The translations under genes and the position numbers were made by a program. A DNA stretch of 64,000 nucleotides, from NCBI GenBank assembly GCA_045594565.1, contig JAZNYT010000002.1:1824-65823 (forward strand), given 5' to 3'. This DNA is from Eubacteriales bacterium (lineage in GTDB: Bacteria > Bacillota > Clostridia > Oscillospirales > SIG627). How positions within the stretch are numbered: the stretch's first letter is position 1; each line of letters opens with the position of its first letter. The notes below the pieces were generated by a model. It was not told the origin of the DNA, did no database searches, and saw only the letters and a list, made by a program, of their open reading frames with translations. Of this stretch, positions 17,480 through 27,397 are shown in pieces.

Positions 17480-19590
17480 ACAGACCTCTCGCTCTTTGTG
17501 TAGGTGCATACGCTCTTGCGGTTTTCCTTACTCTAAACTTTTCTAAAAATCTTTCACTCCCTTTTTTTATTATCATTACAGCTTGTGCAACGGCTTTTCT
17601 TGTTAGTTACATTTTCACTAAAAGGAAGGCTTTTGCACTTCTTTTTCTTATCCTTCTTTTCTCCTTGACCGCCCTCTTAAAATCTCATTTTATTGACTTG
17701 AAAAGGCTAGAGAGCGCAAGAGTGCTTGACGGTGAATACGTAGTTGTGGAAGGCAGGGCGGAAGAGGTTACAAAATCCTCGGATTTTACAGTTCTGACAG
17801 TCTCATCCGATACCGTCAACAAGGAAGAGACCGAAACCAAGTTCTCTGTCATCATAAGAGGAAAAGCTGATGCAGACGTTGGAAGTAAAATAATATTCGG
17901 CGGTACAGCTGAATTTACCGAGGATGGCTACAACAGAGGAGAGGGATGCTTTCTCACAGTTTTTCCAACGTTTTATGAAATAAGTGAGACTAATTCTCTC
18001 ATCGCCAAGCTCCGTCGGAGAATAAGCGAAAAAACGTCGGGCGCAGATAGCTCGTCACTTCTTAACTCCCTTATCATAGCAGATAAAAGTGAGCTTTCGG
18101 ATAAAGTTAAGAAGGACTTCCGTACTCTTGGAATTTCTCATATTCTTGCAATTTCGGGACTTCATCTTTCGGTTATCGTTATGTCGGTATATCTTGCCCT
18201 GCAAAGATACGGAGCGGGTAAGTATATATCGGTTTCGGCGTCGGTTGTACTAATTCTTTTTTATATGGCGCTCACAGGCTTTTCCTACTCCATTATGCGA
18301 GCAGGATGTATGATGATACTCTATTTTATAGCCCGTCTTTTGCGGCGTCAGTCCGACAATATAACCTCTTTGTTTTTTGCTGTCTTTATAATTATACTCT
18401 TTGACCCTTGGGCGCTTTTCAGCCTGTCGCTTCAGCTTTCTTTCCTTTCAACGCTCGGAATCCTTGTATTTCTTCCGCCTGTCATACGCGCTTACGACAG
18501 ATATTTCCACGACTCGTCTATAAAGCCTACAAGAGGGAATCTTATGAAGAAGAAATTCTTCGAATATATTCTGGTATCCCTATTTTCCACTTTCAGTGCA
18601 ACACTTATGACCCTTCCCGTAATTCTCATAAACTTTAACGAAGTGTCGGTTATCTCCCCGATATCGAATCTTTTTATCATCTTTATTGCAAAGTATTTTC
18701 TCATATCGGGCTGTGTCGGAACAATACTGTCGCTTTTTGGTGTGCCTTCTCCTTTGGCTTTCTTTGTTCCCGACGTAATTTCTCGGTTTATGCTATGGTG
18801 TATCAGCCTCCTCGTCAAGATTTCGCCGTCACTTGTGGGAATGGATATGGGCTTTGTGAAAATAGGCAGTGCAGTTATTCTGATAGTCACCGGTCTGTCC
18901 CTTCCGTTTTGCCGAAAGGTTCTCACACTCCCCATTACTGTTGCGACGGTGTCACTTTTCTTCGTGGTCTTTAATATGTCGGTATCTCACTTTACCCTTG
19001 ACAATTTACGCGTGAGTGCCGTCTGGAAAACAGGATGCAACACAATCCTCCTTTCATCTGGCGGCGAGGTCTGTCTTGCCGATATTACACTTACAGATTC
19101 CGGACGAGTGTCCGACGTTCTTACACTTTTATCAAAAAGAAAAACGAGCAAGATAGACGATGCCGTATTTGTGATAAAGGATGAAGTTCCGGAAGAGCGT
19201 ATAAAGCATATTTTAAGCCTTGCCGAGGTGGATAACCTAACACTTATGCTCCCATCGGACTTTGAGGACGATTTCTTTCCCGTCTACCGTTTGTGCGAGG
19301 AGAAGGGTGTTGGATTTACTCCTGTTTTCTCGCCGTCCTACTCTCCCTTTGACACCGCCGAAATACTGAACCTTGACGATTCGTTTGTGGTGATGCTTGA
19401 TAAGGAAAGTGAATGTATGGTTTTTGCGAGAGCAGTAGGTGAGGACCCTTATATTCCGTATTTTGAAAATTGCAGTATTATGTTTTCGGACAACAAATAC
19501 CTTCCATTCGATGGGGAGGAGCTTTATTTAAGAAACACCCTTCCTCTATCCTTCTGGCGTATAACGAATGACAGAATTATAAAAGAATAG
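17476..19590 (+). CDS. comEC: ComEC/Rec2 family membrane channel protein (no recognisable nuclease motif in the C-terminal region)
   Basis: OB-like N-terminal domain, then the competence-domain signature FRTLGISHILAISGLHLSVIV and many TM helices. The ATG at 17476 overlaps the upstream stop (ATGA). Confidence 0.8.
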   Translation: MNRPLALCVGAYALAVFLTLNFSKNLSLPFFIIITACATAFLVSYIFTKRKAFALLFLILLFSLTALLKSHFIDLKRLESARVLDGEYVVVEGRAEEVTKSSDFTVLTVSSDTVNKEETETKFSVIIRGKADADVGSKIIFGGTAEFTEDGYNRGEGCFLTVFPTFYEISETNSLIAKLRRRISEKTSGADSSSLLNSLIIADKSELSDKVKKDFRTLGISHILAISGLHLSVIVMSVYLALQRYGAGKYISVSASVVLILFYMALTGFSYSIMRAGCMMILYFIARLLRRQSDNITSLFFAVFIIILFDPWALFSLSLQLSFLSTLGILVFLPPVIRAYDRYFHDSSIKPTRGNLMKKKFFEYILVSLFSTFSATLMTLPVILINFNEVSVISPISNLFIIFIAKYFLISGCVGTILSLFGVPSPLAFFVPDVISRFMLWCISLLVKISPSLVGMDMGFVKIGSAVILIVTGLSLPFCRKVLTLPITVATVSLFFVVFNMSVSHFTLDNLRVSAVWKTGCNTILLSSGGEVCLADITLTDSGRVSDVLTLLSKRKTSKIDDAVFVIKDEVPEERIKHILSLAEVDNLTLMLPSDFEDDFFPVYRLCEEKGVGFTPVFSPSYSPFDTAEILNLDDSFVVMLDKESECMVFARAVGEDPYIPYFENCSIMFSDNKYLPFDGEELYLRNTLPLSFWRITNDRIIKE

Positions 19591-19753
19591 ATAAAAAAGT
19601 CGCCTTCGCCAACTGATTTATATGTTCGCCTGCGCTCACGATTTTTATAGGTAGACTTTGTTTTTTACAAGCAAACCGGATGCAATTTCCTATGTAATAA
19701 AAAATATCCCTTCGGGCAAACTAGTAGAAAACTGTTTGTACGGAGGGATTTTT

Positions 19754-21178
19754 TTGCAAAAATACGTGTCGCGCGACCTTGAAGTTAACAGAACGGAAAT
19801 ACGGACGCTTTTCCCCGAAGCTTTTGCTTCGGACATAAAAACAGATGCATTCAAAATAGGGAACAGAAGCGCCCTTCTTTGCTTTGTTAACGGCTCTACC
19901 GATACCGAATCGGTGGTAAGAATAGAAAAAGGACTGCTTGACGTAGGAGAAAGAATAGAAGAAGCGCCCGATATGAAGGACTTTATGGAGCGTTTTATTC
20001 CCTTTAACGATAAAAAAGAAGAAAGAGATTTTGAAAAGCTGACGGGAGCCCTTCTTTCTCTTATGTCTCTTCTTTTTATCGATGGCTTTGAAAGTGCGGT
20101 TATTCTGGATACAAAGAAATATCCGTCCCGCGGTATTTCCGAGCCCGAAAAGAACAAGACACTCAGAGGTCCGCGTGACGGCTTTTCCGAAAGCGTGTAT
20201 ACAAACACCTCGCTTATCCGAAGACGAATAAAATCTCCCGACCTTGTTTTCGAGGAGTTCGATATCGGTAAAGCCACAAAAACCCGTGTAATTATGTCAT
20301 ACATGAAAGGAAAGGCGACAGACGAGCTGGTGCTCAGGATTAGAGAAAAGCTGAAAAATATGGACGTTCCATCACTCACGCTATCTCAACAGACCATAGC
20401 AGACCATCTTTTTCACGGCTCACTTTCGAAAAGGCTGAACCCCTTTCCTAAGGTGCGATACGTTGAACGCCCCGATACCGCAGCATCGATGCTTGTTGAA
20501 GGTAAAATAGCGATTCTTTGCGATACCACACCGAGTGTTATCTTTCTGCCCGTTACTCTCTATGATATGATGGAGGAAACCGACGACTACTATTTTCCTC
20601 CCGTTACCGCATCATACCTTAGACTTCTCCGTGTCATTATGCTTTTTATGTCGGTATTCATCTCACCTTTATGGCTTCTTGCGCTGACCTATTCAAGTCT
20701 TCTTCCGCCATCCCTTGAGTTTTTGCTTGTGGACTCCGAGTGCTTTATTCCCGTATGGCTTCAGCTTTTGACCGTTGAAATAATGATAGATGCCTTAAAA
20801 ATCGCATCTCTCAATACTCCCGACAACATTTCCAACTCTCTCAGCGTTGTCAGCGGACTGCTTCTCAGCGACTTCGCGGTGTCGGCAGGACTCCTTGTTC
20901 CTCAAACTATCCTTTATTCCGCAATAGCGTCTATTGCAAATTTTATTCCCACAAACTATGAGCTTGGCTATACCTTTAAATTCTGGCGTATGTCCCTTAT
21001 AATCTTAACGGCGCTTTTCGGTTTTTTAGGCTTTGTGGCAGGTACTGCTATATTCCTTGCGATACTGTTTTCTTGCAAAACCGCCGACAACAAAAACTAT
21101 CTTTATCCCTTTTCTCCCGGAAGTAAAAAGGGGATATTAAAAATTTTTTTCAGAACAAGTAAAGGAAATGAAGAATAA
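19754..21178 (+). CDS. GerA-family spore germination protein, A subunit (orphan; SpoVAF-like)
   Basis: EPEKNKTLRGPRDGFSESVYTNTSLIRRRIKSP and the C-terminal five-TM region are typical of GerA A subunits. I prefer the TTG at 19754 after GGAGGG, and the ORF-track start at 19658 is also possible. Confidence 0.8.
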   Translation: MQKYVSRDLEVNRTEIRTLFPEAFASDIKTDAFKIGNRSALLCFVNGSTDTESVVRIEKGLLDVGERIEEAPDMKDFMERFIPFNDKKEERDFEKLTGALLSLMSLLFIDGFESAVILDTKKYPSRGISEPEKNKTLRGPRDGFSESVYTNTSLIRRRIKSPDLVFEEFDIGKATKTRVIMSYMKGKATDELVLRIREKLKNMDVPSLTLSQQTIADHLFHGSLSKRLNPFPKVRYVERPDTAASMLVEGKIAILCDTTPSVIFLPVTLYDMMEETDDYYFPPVTASYLRLLRVIMLFMSVFISPLWLLALTYSSLLPPSLEFLLVDSECFIPVWLQLLTVEIMIDALKIASLNTPDNISNSLSVVSGLLLSDFAVSAGLLVPQTILYSAIASIANFIPTNYELGYTFKFWRMSLIILTALFGFLGFVAGTAIFLAILFSCKTADNKNYLYPFSPGSKKGILKIFFRTSKGNEE

Positions 21179-21245
21179 CTCTTTACAAATTGAAAAGTTT
21201 GTGATATAATCAAAGTGTACCAAATGATACACTTTCGGAGGGCGT

Positions 21246-21854
21246 ATGACAAACAAAGAAATTTGTGAGTTTCTTGACAGAATACCTCTTTTCGAGGGAC
21301 TCTTTTCTGAAAAAGCTTTTGGGAACCCCGAAGAGATAACGCTTAGGGCAGGGGAAGAGTACGAAATAAAAAACTCTATGGCGGTGTTGTTTCGCGGAAA
21401 GGTTGAGATATACAAGAAGAAAGCCTTTTTAAAAAAAGCGGAAGCGCCGAGCGTTCTGGGCTTTGCTACTCTTTTCGACGAAAAGCAGACCTACATTTCC
21501 ACGGTTATTCCCAAAACCGAAACAACGCTTCTTGTTTTTGATAGCAAGACCGTTGAGAAAATGATACTTGAGAGTCCCGAATTTTCTCACAGGCTTATAG
21601 TACTGCTCGGTGAGAAGATAAGATACCTCAACCGCCGTATTGATTTCTACACGTCGGAGGGAGCGGAGGGAAAGCTTCACGAGTTTCTCCTTGCCACTGC
21701 AAAGGGTGATGGAGAAAGATTTGTGGAAATACCTATGTCAAGGCTTTCGGAGATTCTTGATATCGGCAGAGCGTCTCTTTATCGTGCTATCGCATCTCTT
21801 GAAGAGAAGGGGTACGTAAAAAAACAAGGTAAAAAAATAATTTTAATAAAGTGA
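21246..21854 (+). CDS. Crp/Fnr family transcriptional regulator
   Basis: N-terminal cNMP-binding-like beta-roll and C-terminal HTH (SRLSEILDIGRASLYRAIASLEEKGYV). Confidence 0.8.
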   Translation: MTNKEICEFLDRIPLFEGLFSEKAFGNPEEITLRAGEEYEIKNSMAVLFRGKVEIYKKKAFLKKAEAPSVLGFATLFDEKQTYISTVIPKTETTLLVFDSKTVEKMILESPEFSHRLIVLLGEKIRYLNRRIDFYTSEGAEGKLHEFLLATAKGDGERFVEIPMSRLSEILDIGRASLYRAIASLEEKGYVKKQGKKIILIK

Positions 21855-21864
21855 GGACATTACT

Positions 21865-22878
21865 ATGAAAAAAATCACAGCACTTTTACTTTCGCTCCTT
21901 ATGCTCACGGCATTATTTGCAGGTTGCGCAAAGGAAGCGGTTGACCCCGTTGAACCCGACCTTCCCATCGAGGAAGTGGAAGATGCTCCAAAGGTTGCGG
22001 AGCTTACGCGTGTAGTTGCCTTGAAAGGCCCCACAGGTATGGGAATGGCGAAGCTTATCAGCGACGCCGACGGCAAGTATTCCTTTGAGCTCACCTCTAT
22101 GCCCGAGGACGTAACATCTGCTCTTATTTCCAAAACCGTTGATATCGCGGCAGTGCCTACAAACCTTGCGGCAACTCTCTATAACAAAACAAAAGGCGGA
22201 GTTAAGGTAATAGCACTCAATACTCTCGGCGTTCTTCACATCGTGAATTCAGACGGTACCGTAGCTGGTCTTTCCGACCTCAAGGGCAAGACGATCGGTG
22301 CTACAGGTCAGGCATCAACTCCCGAATACATTCTCCGTTATCTTCTGAAGGCAAACGGAATCGACCCCGATACCGACGTTACCATTAACTTCTATACCGA
22401 CCACGCAGAGCTTGCAACTCATATGATAAGCGGAAACGTGACGATAGGTATGCTTCCCGAGCCTCAGGTAAGCACGGTTCTTATGAAGAATGCAGACTGC
22501 AAGGCGGTAATTGACCTCACCGACGAATGGAACAAGGTTTCAGACGGCTCGGCACTTGTACAGGGATGTATTGTTGTAAGAAGTGAATTTTTAGAAGCAT
22601 ACCCCGATTCAGTTAAGAATTTCCTTGCGGAATATAAGGAATCCGTGGTATTTGCAAACACCTCTGCCGATGCTCCTGCAACAGTTGCAGAGCTTGGAAT
22701 CGTTGGCAGTGCGCAGATTGCGGAAAAGGCAATCCCCGGCGCAAACATCTGCTTCGTTGACTCAAACGACAATATGAAGGAAAAGCTTTCGGGCTTCCTT
22801 GCAGTGCTCTTTGAAGCTAATCCCAAGTCGGTTGGCGGAGCGCTTCCTCTTGACGATTTCTATTTTGAAAACAAATGA
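21865..22878 (+). CDS. ABC transporter substrate-binding lipoprotein (NMT1/THI5, nitrate/sulfonate/bicarbonate-type)
   Basis: Lipobox LFAGC. The periplasmic-binding fold pattern is followed by cognate permease and ATPase genes. Confidence 0.75.
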   Translation: MKKITALLLSLLMLTALFAGCAKEAVDPVEPDLPIEEVEDAPKVAELTRVVALKGPTGMGMAKLISDADGKYSFELTSMPEDVTSALISKTVDIAAVPTNLAATLYNKTKGGVKVIALNTLGVLHIVNSDGTVAGLSDLKGKTIGATGQASTPEYILRYLLKANGIDPDTDVTINFYTDHAELATHMISGNVTIGMLPEPQVSTVLMKNADCKAVIDLTDEWNKVSDGSALVQGCIVVRSEFLEAYPDSVKNFLAEYKESVVFANTSADAPATVAELGIVGSAQIAEKAIPGANICFVDSNDNMKEKLSGFLAVLFEANPKSVGGALPLDDFYFENK

Positions 22879-23636
22879 AAATAAAATTCAAAAAAACTTT
22901 ATTAGGATTTTTATCCGTGCTTTCCTGGGTGGCAGTATGGCATTTTGCAGCTATCAGGATTGGAAAATCCATATTGCTTCCCACACCTCGTGAAACGGTT
23001 GAGGTATTCCTTGCCATTACCCAAACAGGCGAATTTTGGCTCACCGCTTTAACCTCCCTTAAAAGCGTGTTTTCGGGAGCACTTGCGGGTGTACTGCTGG
23101 GACTTATAATAGCGCTGCTTTCCTACATAAGCCCCCTTTTGAAGTACCTTTTTGCACCCCTTCTTTCTCTTGTCAAGGCAACGCCTGTAGCGTCCTTTAT
23201 TATCCTTGCTCTTGTTTGGCTCGGTAAGGACGTAATACCTTTCGTTATAGCCTTGATGATGGTAGCACCTATCGTTGCCGCAAATCTCTACGAGGGACTT
23301 GTGGCGGTGGATACACAGCTTTATGAGGTAGCAAAGCTCTACGGCTTTTCCTTCCGTAAAAAATGGAGGATGCTCTACCGTCCGTCACTGCTTCCGTATT
23401 TTTTGTCGGCGGTAAAAAGCGGAATTGCGCTTTCCTGGAAGGCGGGAATTGCCGCCGAGGTGCTTTGTACCCCCGAAAATTCAATCGGTAAATACCTCCA
23501 CGAATCAAGACTCTATCTTGAATATCCCACACTTTTTGCCTGGACTCTGACGGTTATTATTCTCAGCTTCTTTCTTGAAAAGGTAGTGGTATGGGCAATA
23601 GAAAAGCTACTTGGAGGGGGGCAGAAAAAAGTATGA
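22875..23636 (+). CDS. ABC transporter permease (SsuC/TauC-like)
   Basis: Six TM helices with an EAA-like loop (EVAKLYGFSFRKKWRMLYRPSLLPY). The start overlaps the upstream stop. Confidence 0.8.
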   Translation: MKIKFKKTLLGFLSVLSWVAVWHFAAIRIGKSILLPTPRETVEVFLAITQTGEFWLTALTSLKSVFSGALAGVLLGLIIALLSYISPLLKYLFAPLLSLVKATPVASFIILALVWLGKDVIPFVIALMMVAPIVAANLYEGLVAVDTQLYEVAKLYGFSFRKKWRMLYRPSLLPYFLSAVKSGIALSWKAGIAAEVLCTPENSIGKYLHESRLYLEYPTLFAWTLTVIILSFFLEKVVVWAIEKLLGGGQKKV

Positions 23637-24202
23637 TAGAAATAAAGAATCTGGAAAAAAGCTTTGGTGACAAAAAGGTTATAAAGAGCTTTTCTCTCGA
23701 CGTCGCGCCCGATGAGCGCATAGCTCTCATAGCCTTTTCGGGTAGCGGAAAGACAACGCTTCTACGTCTCGTTTCGGGTCTTGACAAAAAGTACAACGGC
23801 AGGATAAACGTAAAAGGCAAGGTGTCTTATATGTTTCAGGAGGACAGACTTTTTCCCGAAAGCACCGTTCTTGAAAACGTCCTTGCAGCTTGTGACTCGG
23901 TGGAATTATCCGAAAAGCTCCTTTCTGCAGTTGAGCTTTCTGAATGCTCGAGGATGCTGCCCCGTGACCTTTCGGGTGGAATGAAAAGACGTGTCGCTCT
24001 GGCAAGAAGCCTTGCCGCACCCTTCGACATCCTTCTCCTCGACGAGCCCTTTACGGGTGTTGATGACGAAACCAAAGCGCGAGTTGCCAAAAACATTTTA
24101 CCCTTCCTCAAAGGAAAAACAGTTATACTTGTTACTCACTCACCCGAAGAAGCAGAGCTTCTCGGATGCGAGGTCTTGCGCTTGGAAAATGGATTTATAT
24201 GA
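23633..24202 (+). CDS. ABC transporter ATP-binding protein
   Basis: Walker A SGSGKTTLL, signature LSGGMKRR, Walker B ILLLDEP. The ATG at 23633 overlaps the permease stop (ATGA). Confidence 0.85.
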   Translation: MIEIKNLEKSFGDKKVIKSFSLDVAPDERIALIAFSGSGKTTLLRLVSGLDKKYNGRINVKGKVSYMFQEDRLFPESTVLENVLAACDSVELSEKLLSAVELSECSRMLPRDLSGGMKRRVALARSLAAPFDILLLDEPFTGVDDETKARVAKNILPFLKGKTVILVTHSPEEAELLGCEVLRLENGFI

Positions 24203-24205
24203 CGA

Positions 24206-24238
24206 AAGAGCAGTTCATACGAACTGCTCTTATTTTTT
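24206..24238. terminator. bidirectional rho-independent terminator
   Basis: Stem AAGAGCAGTTC/GAACTGCTCTT, loop ATAC, T-run. Confidence 0.8.
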
Positions 24239-25715
24239 AAAGAATTATGCAAATAAGACCGTTTGACCCTTCGTTTATTATCCTTTGCAGAGTTTCTCCG
24301 ATCTTCTTTCTGGTGTCCTCGGGCATATGGTCGAGCTTGGAATTAAGTCCCTCGTTCACAAGACAGTGAAGAGACTTCCCGAACATATTGGATTCCCATA
24401 GCTTTAAGGGATTTTCCTCAAAGGCACCGAGCAGGTATTTTACCATTTCCTCAGATTGCTTTTCACTGCCGACTATCGGATTTATTTCTGTTTTTATCTT
24501 AGCCTTTATCATATGTATGGTGTCGGCGGATGCCTTCAGCTTTACTCCGTATCCTCCCGACTGCTTTATAATTTCGGGCTCTTCCAGGGATAAGTCTTCA
24601 ACGCTCGGAACAACTATTCCGTATCCGTTTTCCTCTGCGGATTTCAAAGCATCTGCAATCTTATCATAGGTTTTCTTTGTGCCCGAAAGCGTACTGACGA
24701 GTGATAAAAGCTCCTTCTTTGAGGTTATTTCTTCGCCACTTAAATCACTTGCAACGCTATAAAAAAGGTCTTCGCCTACGTCAACGCGGAGAGTGCTTTT
24801 TCCTGTACCGAGGTCTGTATTGATAACCGTTGCCTTCTCAATTATATCACATTTGCTCATCGCCTCGCAAGCGCCGTGAACGGATGCGACACAGGTTATT
24901 TTCTCTGCGGTCTCACGCATAGCAGAGCTTAAAGATTTTCTGATTTCGGATTTTTCGTCAAGCACAGAAAGCCAGGATGGGGTGCATATTTCAAGCTCGG
25001 TTACGGGGAACTCGAAAAGACAAAGCTCCAGTATATGCTCTATATCCTTGCGGTCAAGCTCTGTGCAGTTTATAAGCGCTACGGGTACTGAGTGCTTTTT
25101 CTCAAGCTCAAGGGCAATCTCAATACTTGAATCGGAGTCGGGATACTTTGAGTTTACAACTATAACGAAAGGCTTACCGGTTTTTTTCAGGTCGGCAATA
25201 ACTCTTTTTTCGCTTTCCTCAAAGTCTTTTCTCGGAATCTCTCCAAAGCTTCCGTCGGAGGTAATGAGAACACCTATTGTGGAATGCTCTTCTATAACCC
25301 TTTTAGTACCCGTTTCAGCCGCAACCTCAAATGGAAGAGGGGAGGCGGACCAAGGTGTCATTACCATTCTGTCCTCTCCGTTTTCGCGAAGCCCTTCAGC
25401 GCCATTGGCTATGTATCCCACGCAGTCTATCATCTTGACGTTGAGAGACGCCCCTGTATCAAGAGTAATGCCTACCGCTTTTTCGGGAACGAACTTGGGC
25501 TCTGTAGTCATAACCGTCTTACCCGAGGCACTTTGAGGCATTTCGTCGGTTGCTCTTGCTCTCTCACTGTCACTCTCGATAGCGGGCAGAACAAGCTCCT
25601 CCATAAATTTTTTTATAAAGGTGGATTTACCTGTTCTGACAGGCCCCACAACGCCTATGTAAACGTCGCCGTTTGTTCTGGCTCTGATATCCTCATATAT
25701 TCTGGTATTCGTCAT
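24237..25715 (-). CDS. spoIVA: stage IV sporulation protein A (spore coat basement-layer ATPase)
   Basis: IYEDIRARTNGDVYIGVVGPVRTGKSTFIKKFME Walker A N-terminus, a length of 492 aa, and a conserved C-terminus. Confidence 0.95.
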   Translation of the reverse strand: MTNTRIYEDIRARTNGDVYIGVVGPVRTGKSTFIKKFMEELVLPAIESDSERARATDEMPQSASGKTVMTTEPKFVPEKAVGITLDTGASLNVKMIDCVGYIANGAEGLRENGEDRMVMTPWSASPLPFEVAAETGTKRVIEEHSTIGVLITSDGSFGEIPRKDFEESEKRVIADLKKTGKPFVIVVNSKYPDSDSSIEIALELEKKHSVPVALINCTELDRKDIEHILELCLFEFPVTELEICTPSWLSVLDEKSEIRKSLSSAMRETAEKITCVASVHGACEAMSKCDIIEKATVINTDLGTGKSTLRVDVGEDLFYSVASDLSGEEITSKKELLSLVSTLSGTKKTYDKIADALKSAEENGYGIVVPSVEDLSLEEPEIIKQSGGYGVKLKASADTIHMIKAKIKTEINPIVGSEKQSEEMVKYLLGAFEENPLKLWESNMFGKSLHCLVNEGLNSKLDHMPEDTRKKIGETLQRIINEGSNGLICIIL

Positions 25716-25745
25716 ATACCCTTCCTCCGCATTCTTTTTTTGTAA

Positions 25746-25774
25746 AGATTATGCAAAAGTGTCGTGCAATATTC
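25746..25774 (-). promoter_or_regulatory. candidate sigma-E promoter of spoIVA
   Basis: Minus strand reads GAATATT, 14 nt, CATAATCT. The remembered sigma-E consensus is ZHATAXX-14-CATACAHT. The -35 matches fully and the -10 matches 6 of 8. Confidence 0.45.
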
Positions 25775-25905
25775 GAAAAACAAAAAAATTAACAAAAAAA
25801 TAAAGGCGAAAATTAAAAAATAATCTTTTCAAATCGACAATTATGTGATATACTGTCTATGTCTTAAATAAAATATTCTAAACTTATATAAAAAGGTGAA
25901 CAGTT

Positions 25906-26364
25906 ATGAAATGTCCCGCATGCGGATTTGCAGAAAGCAAAGTACTTGATTCCCGTCCCACAGAAGAAGGGGGCGCAATAAGAAGACGAAGAGAATGCCT
26001 CTCCTGTCAGAAAAGATTTACCACCTACGAAAGACTTGAGGTAATGCCTATCATCGTAGTAAAGAAGGATAAGTCGAGACAAGCGTTTGACCGCACCAAG
26101 CTTATGAACGGTATGATACGAGCTTGCGAAAAGCGTCCTGTAACAATGTCCGAGATAGAACGCGCGGTTAACGATATAGAAGCGAGTCTCAACAACTCAC
26201 TTCAGACAGAGGTAAGCAGTACCGTAATCGGTGAGCTCGTTATGGAAGAGCTTAAAAAGATTGACGAGGTTGCATACGTGCGCTTTGCCTCGGTATACAG
26301 ACAGTTCAAGGATATCAACACCTTTATGGACGAGCTTAAACTTCTCCTGAAAAATCAGGATTGA
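25906..26364 (+). CDS. nrdR: transcriptional repressor NrdR
   Basis: MKCPACG...SKVLDSRP zinc ribbon, RRRRECLSC, and an ATP-cone. Confidence 0.95.
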   Translation: MKCPACGFAESKVLDSRPTEEGGAIRRRRECLSCQKRFTTYERLEVMPIIVVKKDKSRQAFDRTKLMNGMIRACEKRPVTMSEIERAVNDIEASLNNSLQTEVSSTVIGELVMEELKKIDEVAYVRFASVYRQFKDINTFMDELKLLLKNQD

Positions 26365-26380
26365 CCGAAAGGATAGATAA

Positions 26381-27373
26381 ATGAAATCTCCATCACAAAT
26401 TAAAGTTTCAACTATCAGCTTTATAGTAGCTTTGATTTTATCCATTGCAGTATTTGGATTTATTGCCTTTTTCGCAATATCAAGCTTTCTCCAAACAGAG
26501 CCCGTTGACCCCAATGACGATGAAATTACCTCGGAGTTCAATAACAAGGACCCCGAATCGGCAGAGGTTATACCTCCCGAGGAGATAGAAAAGATAGAAG
26601 GCAACAGCTTTTCTGTACTTGTTGCAGGCTACGGTCTCGGGGAGGACTCCTTTGACGCTATGGTGGTTGTCGACGTAAACAAGGAAGAGCAAAAGGTCAC
26701 CATATACCCCATTAACGTAGATACAAAGGTATATGTAGGTCACGCCGACGGTATGGGTAACCTTAATATCAGAATGGGCGATCTTATAAAATACGAGGAT
26801 ATGCAGTACACCGTTGATAAGATAAAGGCAACCACAGGTCTCAAGGTGTCAAACTTTATCACCTTTACTGCCGAGGGCTTTATCGAAGCCTTTGATAAGT
26901 TCAACGAAAACGGTGACTATACATACGTTGTTCCGAAGGATATGGAGCATTTCTATGCAGATGCCCCCGAAATAACAGAAACACCCGAAGCTCCCGAAGG
27001 CACTGAAGTTGAAGAAGCGGAGGACTTATCGCAATATAACATCTCCTTCAAGAAGGGCGATAAGCTTACGTCGGGTCTCGACATTTACAATATGCTCAGA
27101 TACAAGGGAGATTCCTCCTCCGACCGCATAACAAGACAGGCATCTTTTGTGCGCGACGTTCTCCAGAAGATTATTCCCAAGCATTTCAAGGAGGGAAATC
27201 TTTCAAAAATAGTGGTTGATGCACAGGCACTTGCAAAGCTTACAGAGTCTATTTCTACCAACATAACGGTTGGTACCTTCATCACCGAAACCTTTGACCT
27301 TATTTCCAAGATACCCGAATTTTCCTTCGGAACTTCGTCGAAGTTCACAAACGGTATCACTAATTTCAAATAA
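26381..27373 (+). CDS. membrane-anchored extracytoplasmic protein, weakly LytR/CpsA/Psr (LCP)-like
   Basis: N-terminal TM anchor. FSVLVAGYG...DAMVVVDVNKEEQKVTIYPINVDTKVYV resembles the LCP core but lacks clear catalytic Arg/Asp conservation. Confidence 0.45.
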   Translation: MKSPSQIKVSTISFIVALILSIAVFGFIAFFAISSFLQTEPVDPNDDEITSEFNNKDPESAEVIPPEEIEKIEGNSFSVLVAGYGLGEDSFDAMVVVDVNKEEQKVTIYPINVDTKVYVGHADGMGNLNIRMGDLIKYEDMQYTVDKIKATTGLKVSNFITFTAEGFIEAFDKFNENGDYTYVVPKDMEHFYADAPEITETPEAPEGTEVEEAEDLSQYNISFKKGDKLTSGLDIYNMLRYKGDSSSDRITRQASFVRDVLQKIIPKHFKEGNLSKIVVDAQALAKLTESISTNITVGTFITETFDLISKIPEFSFGTSSKFTNGITNFK

Positions 27374-27397
27374 AGAAAACGTTAAAAGGGGAAGAAT

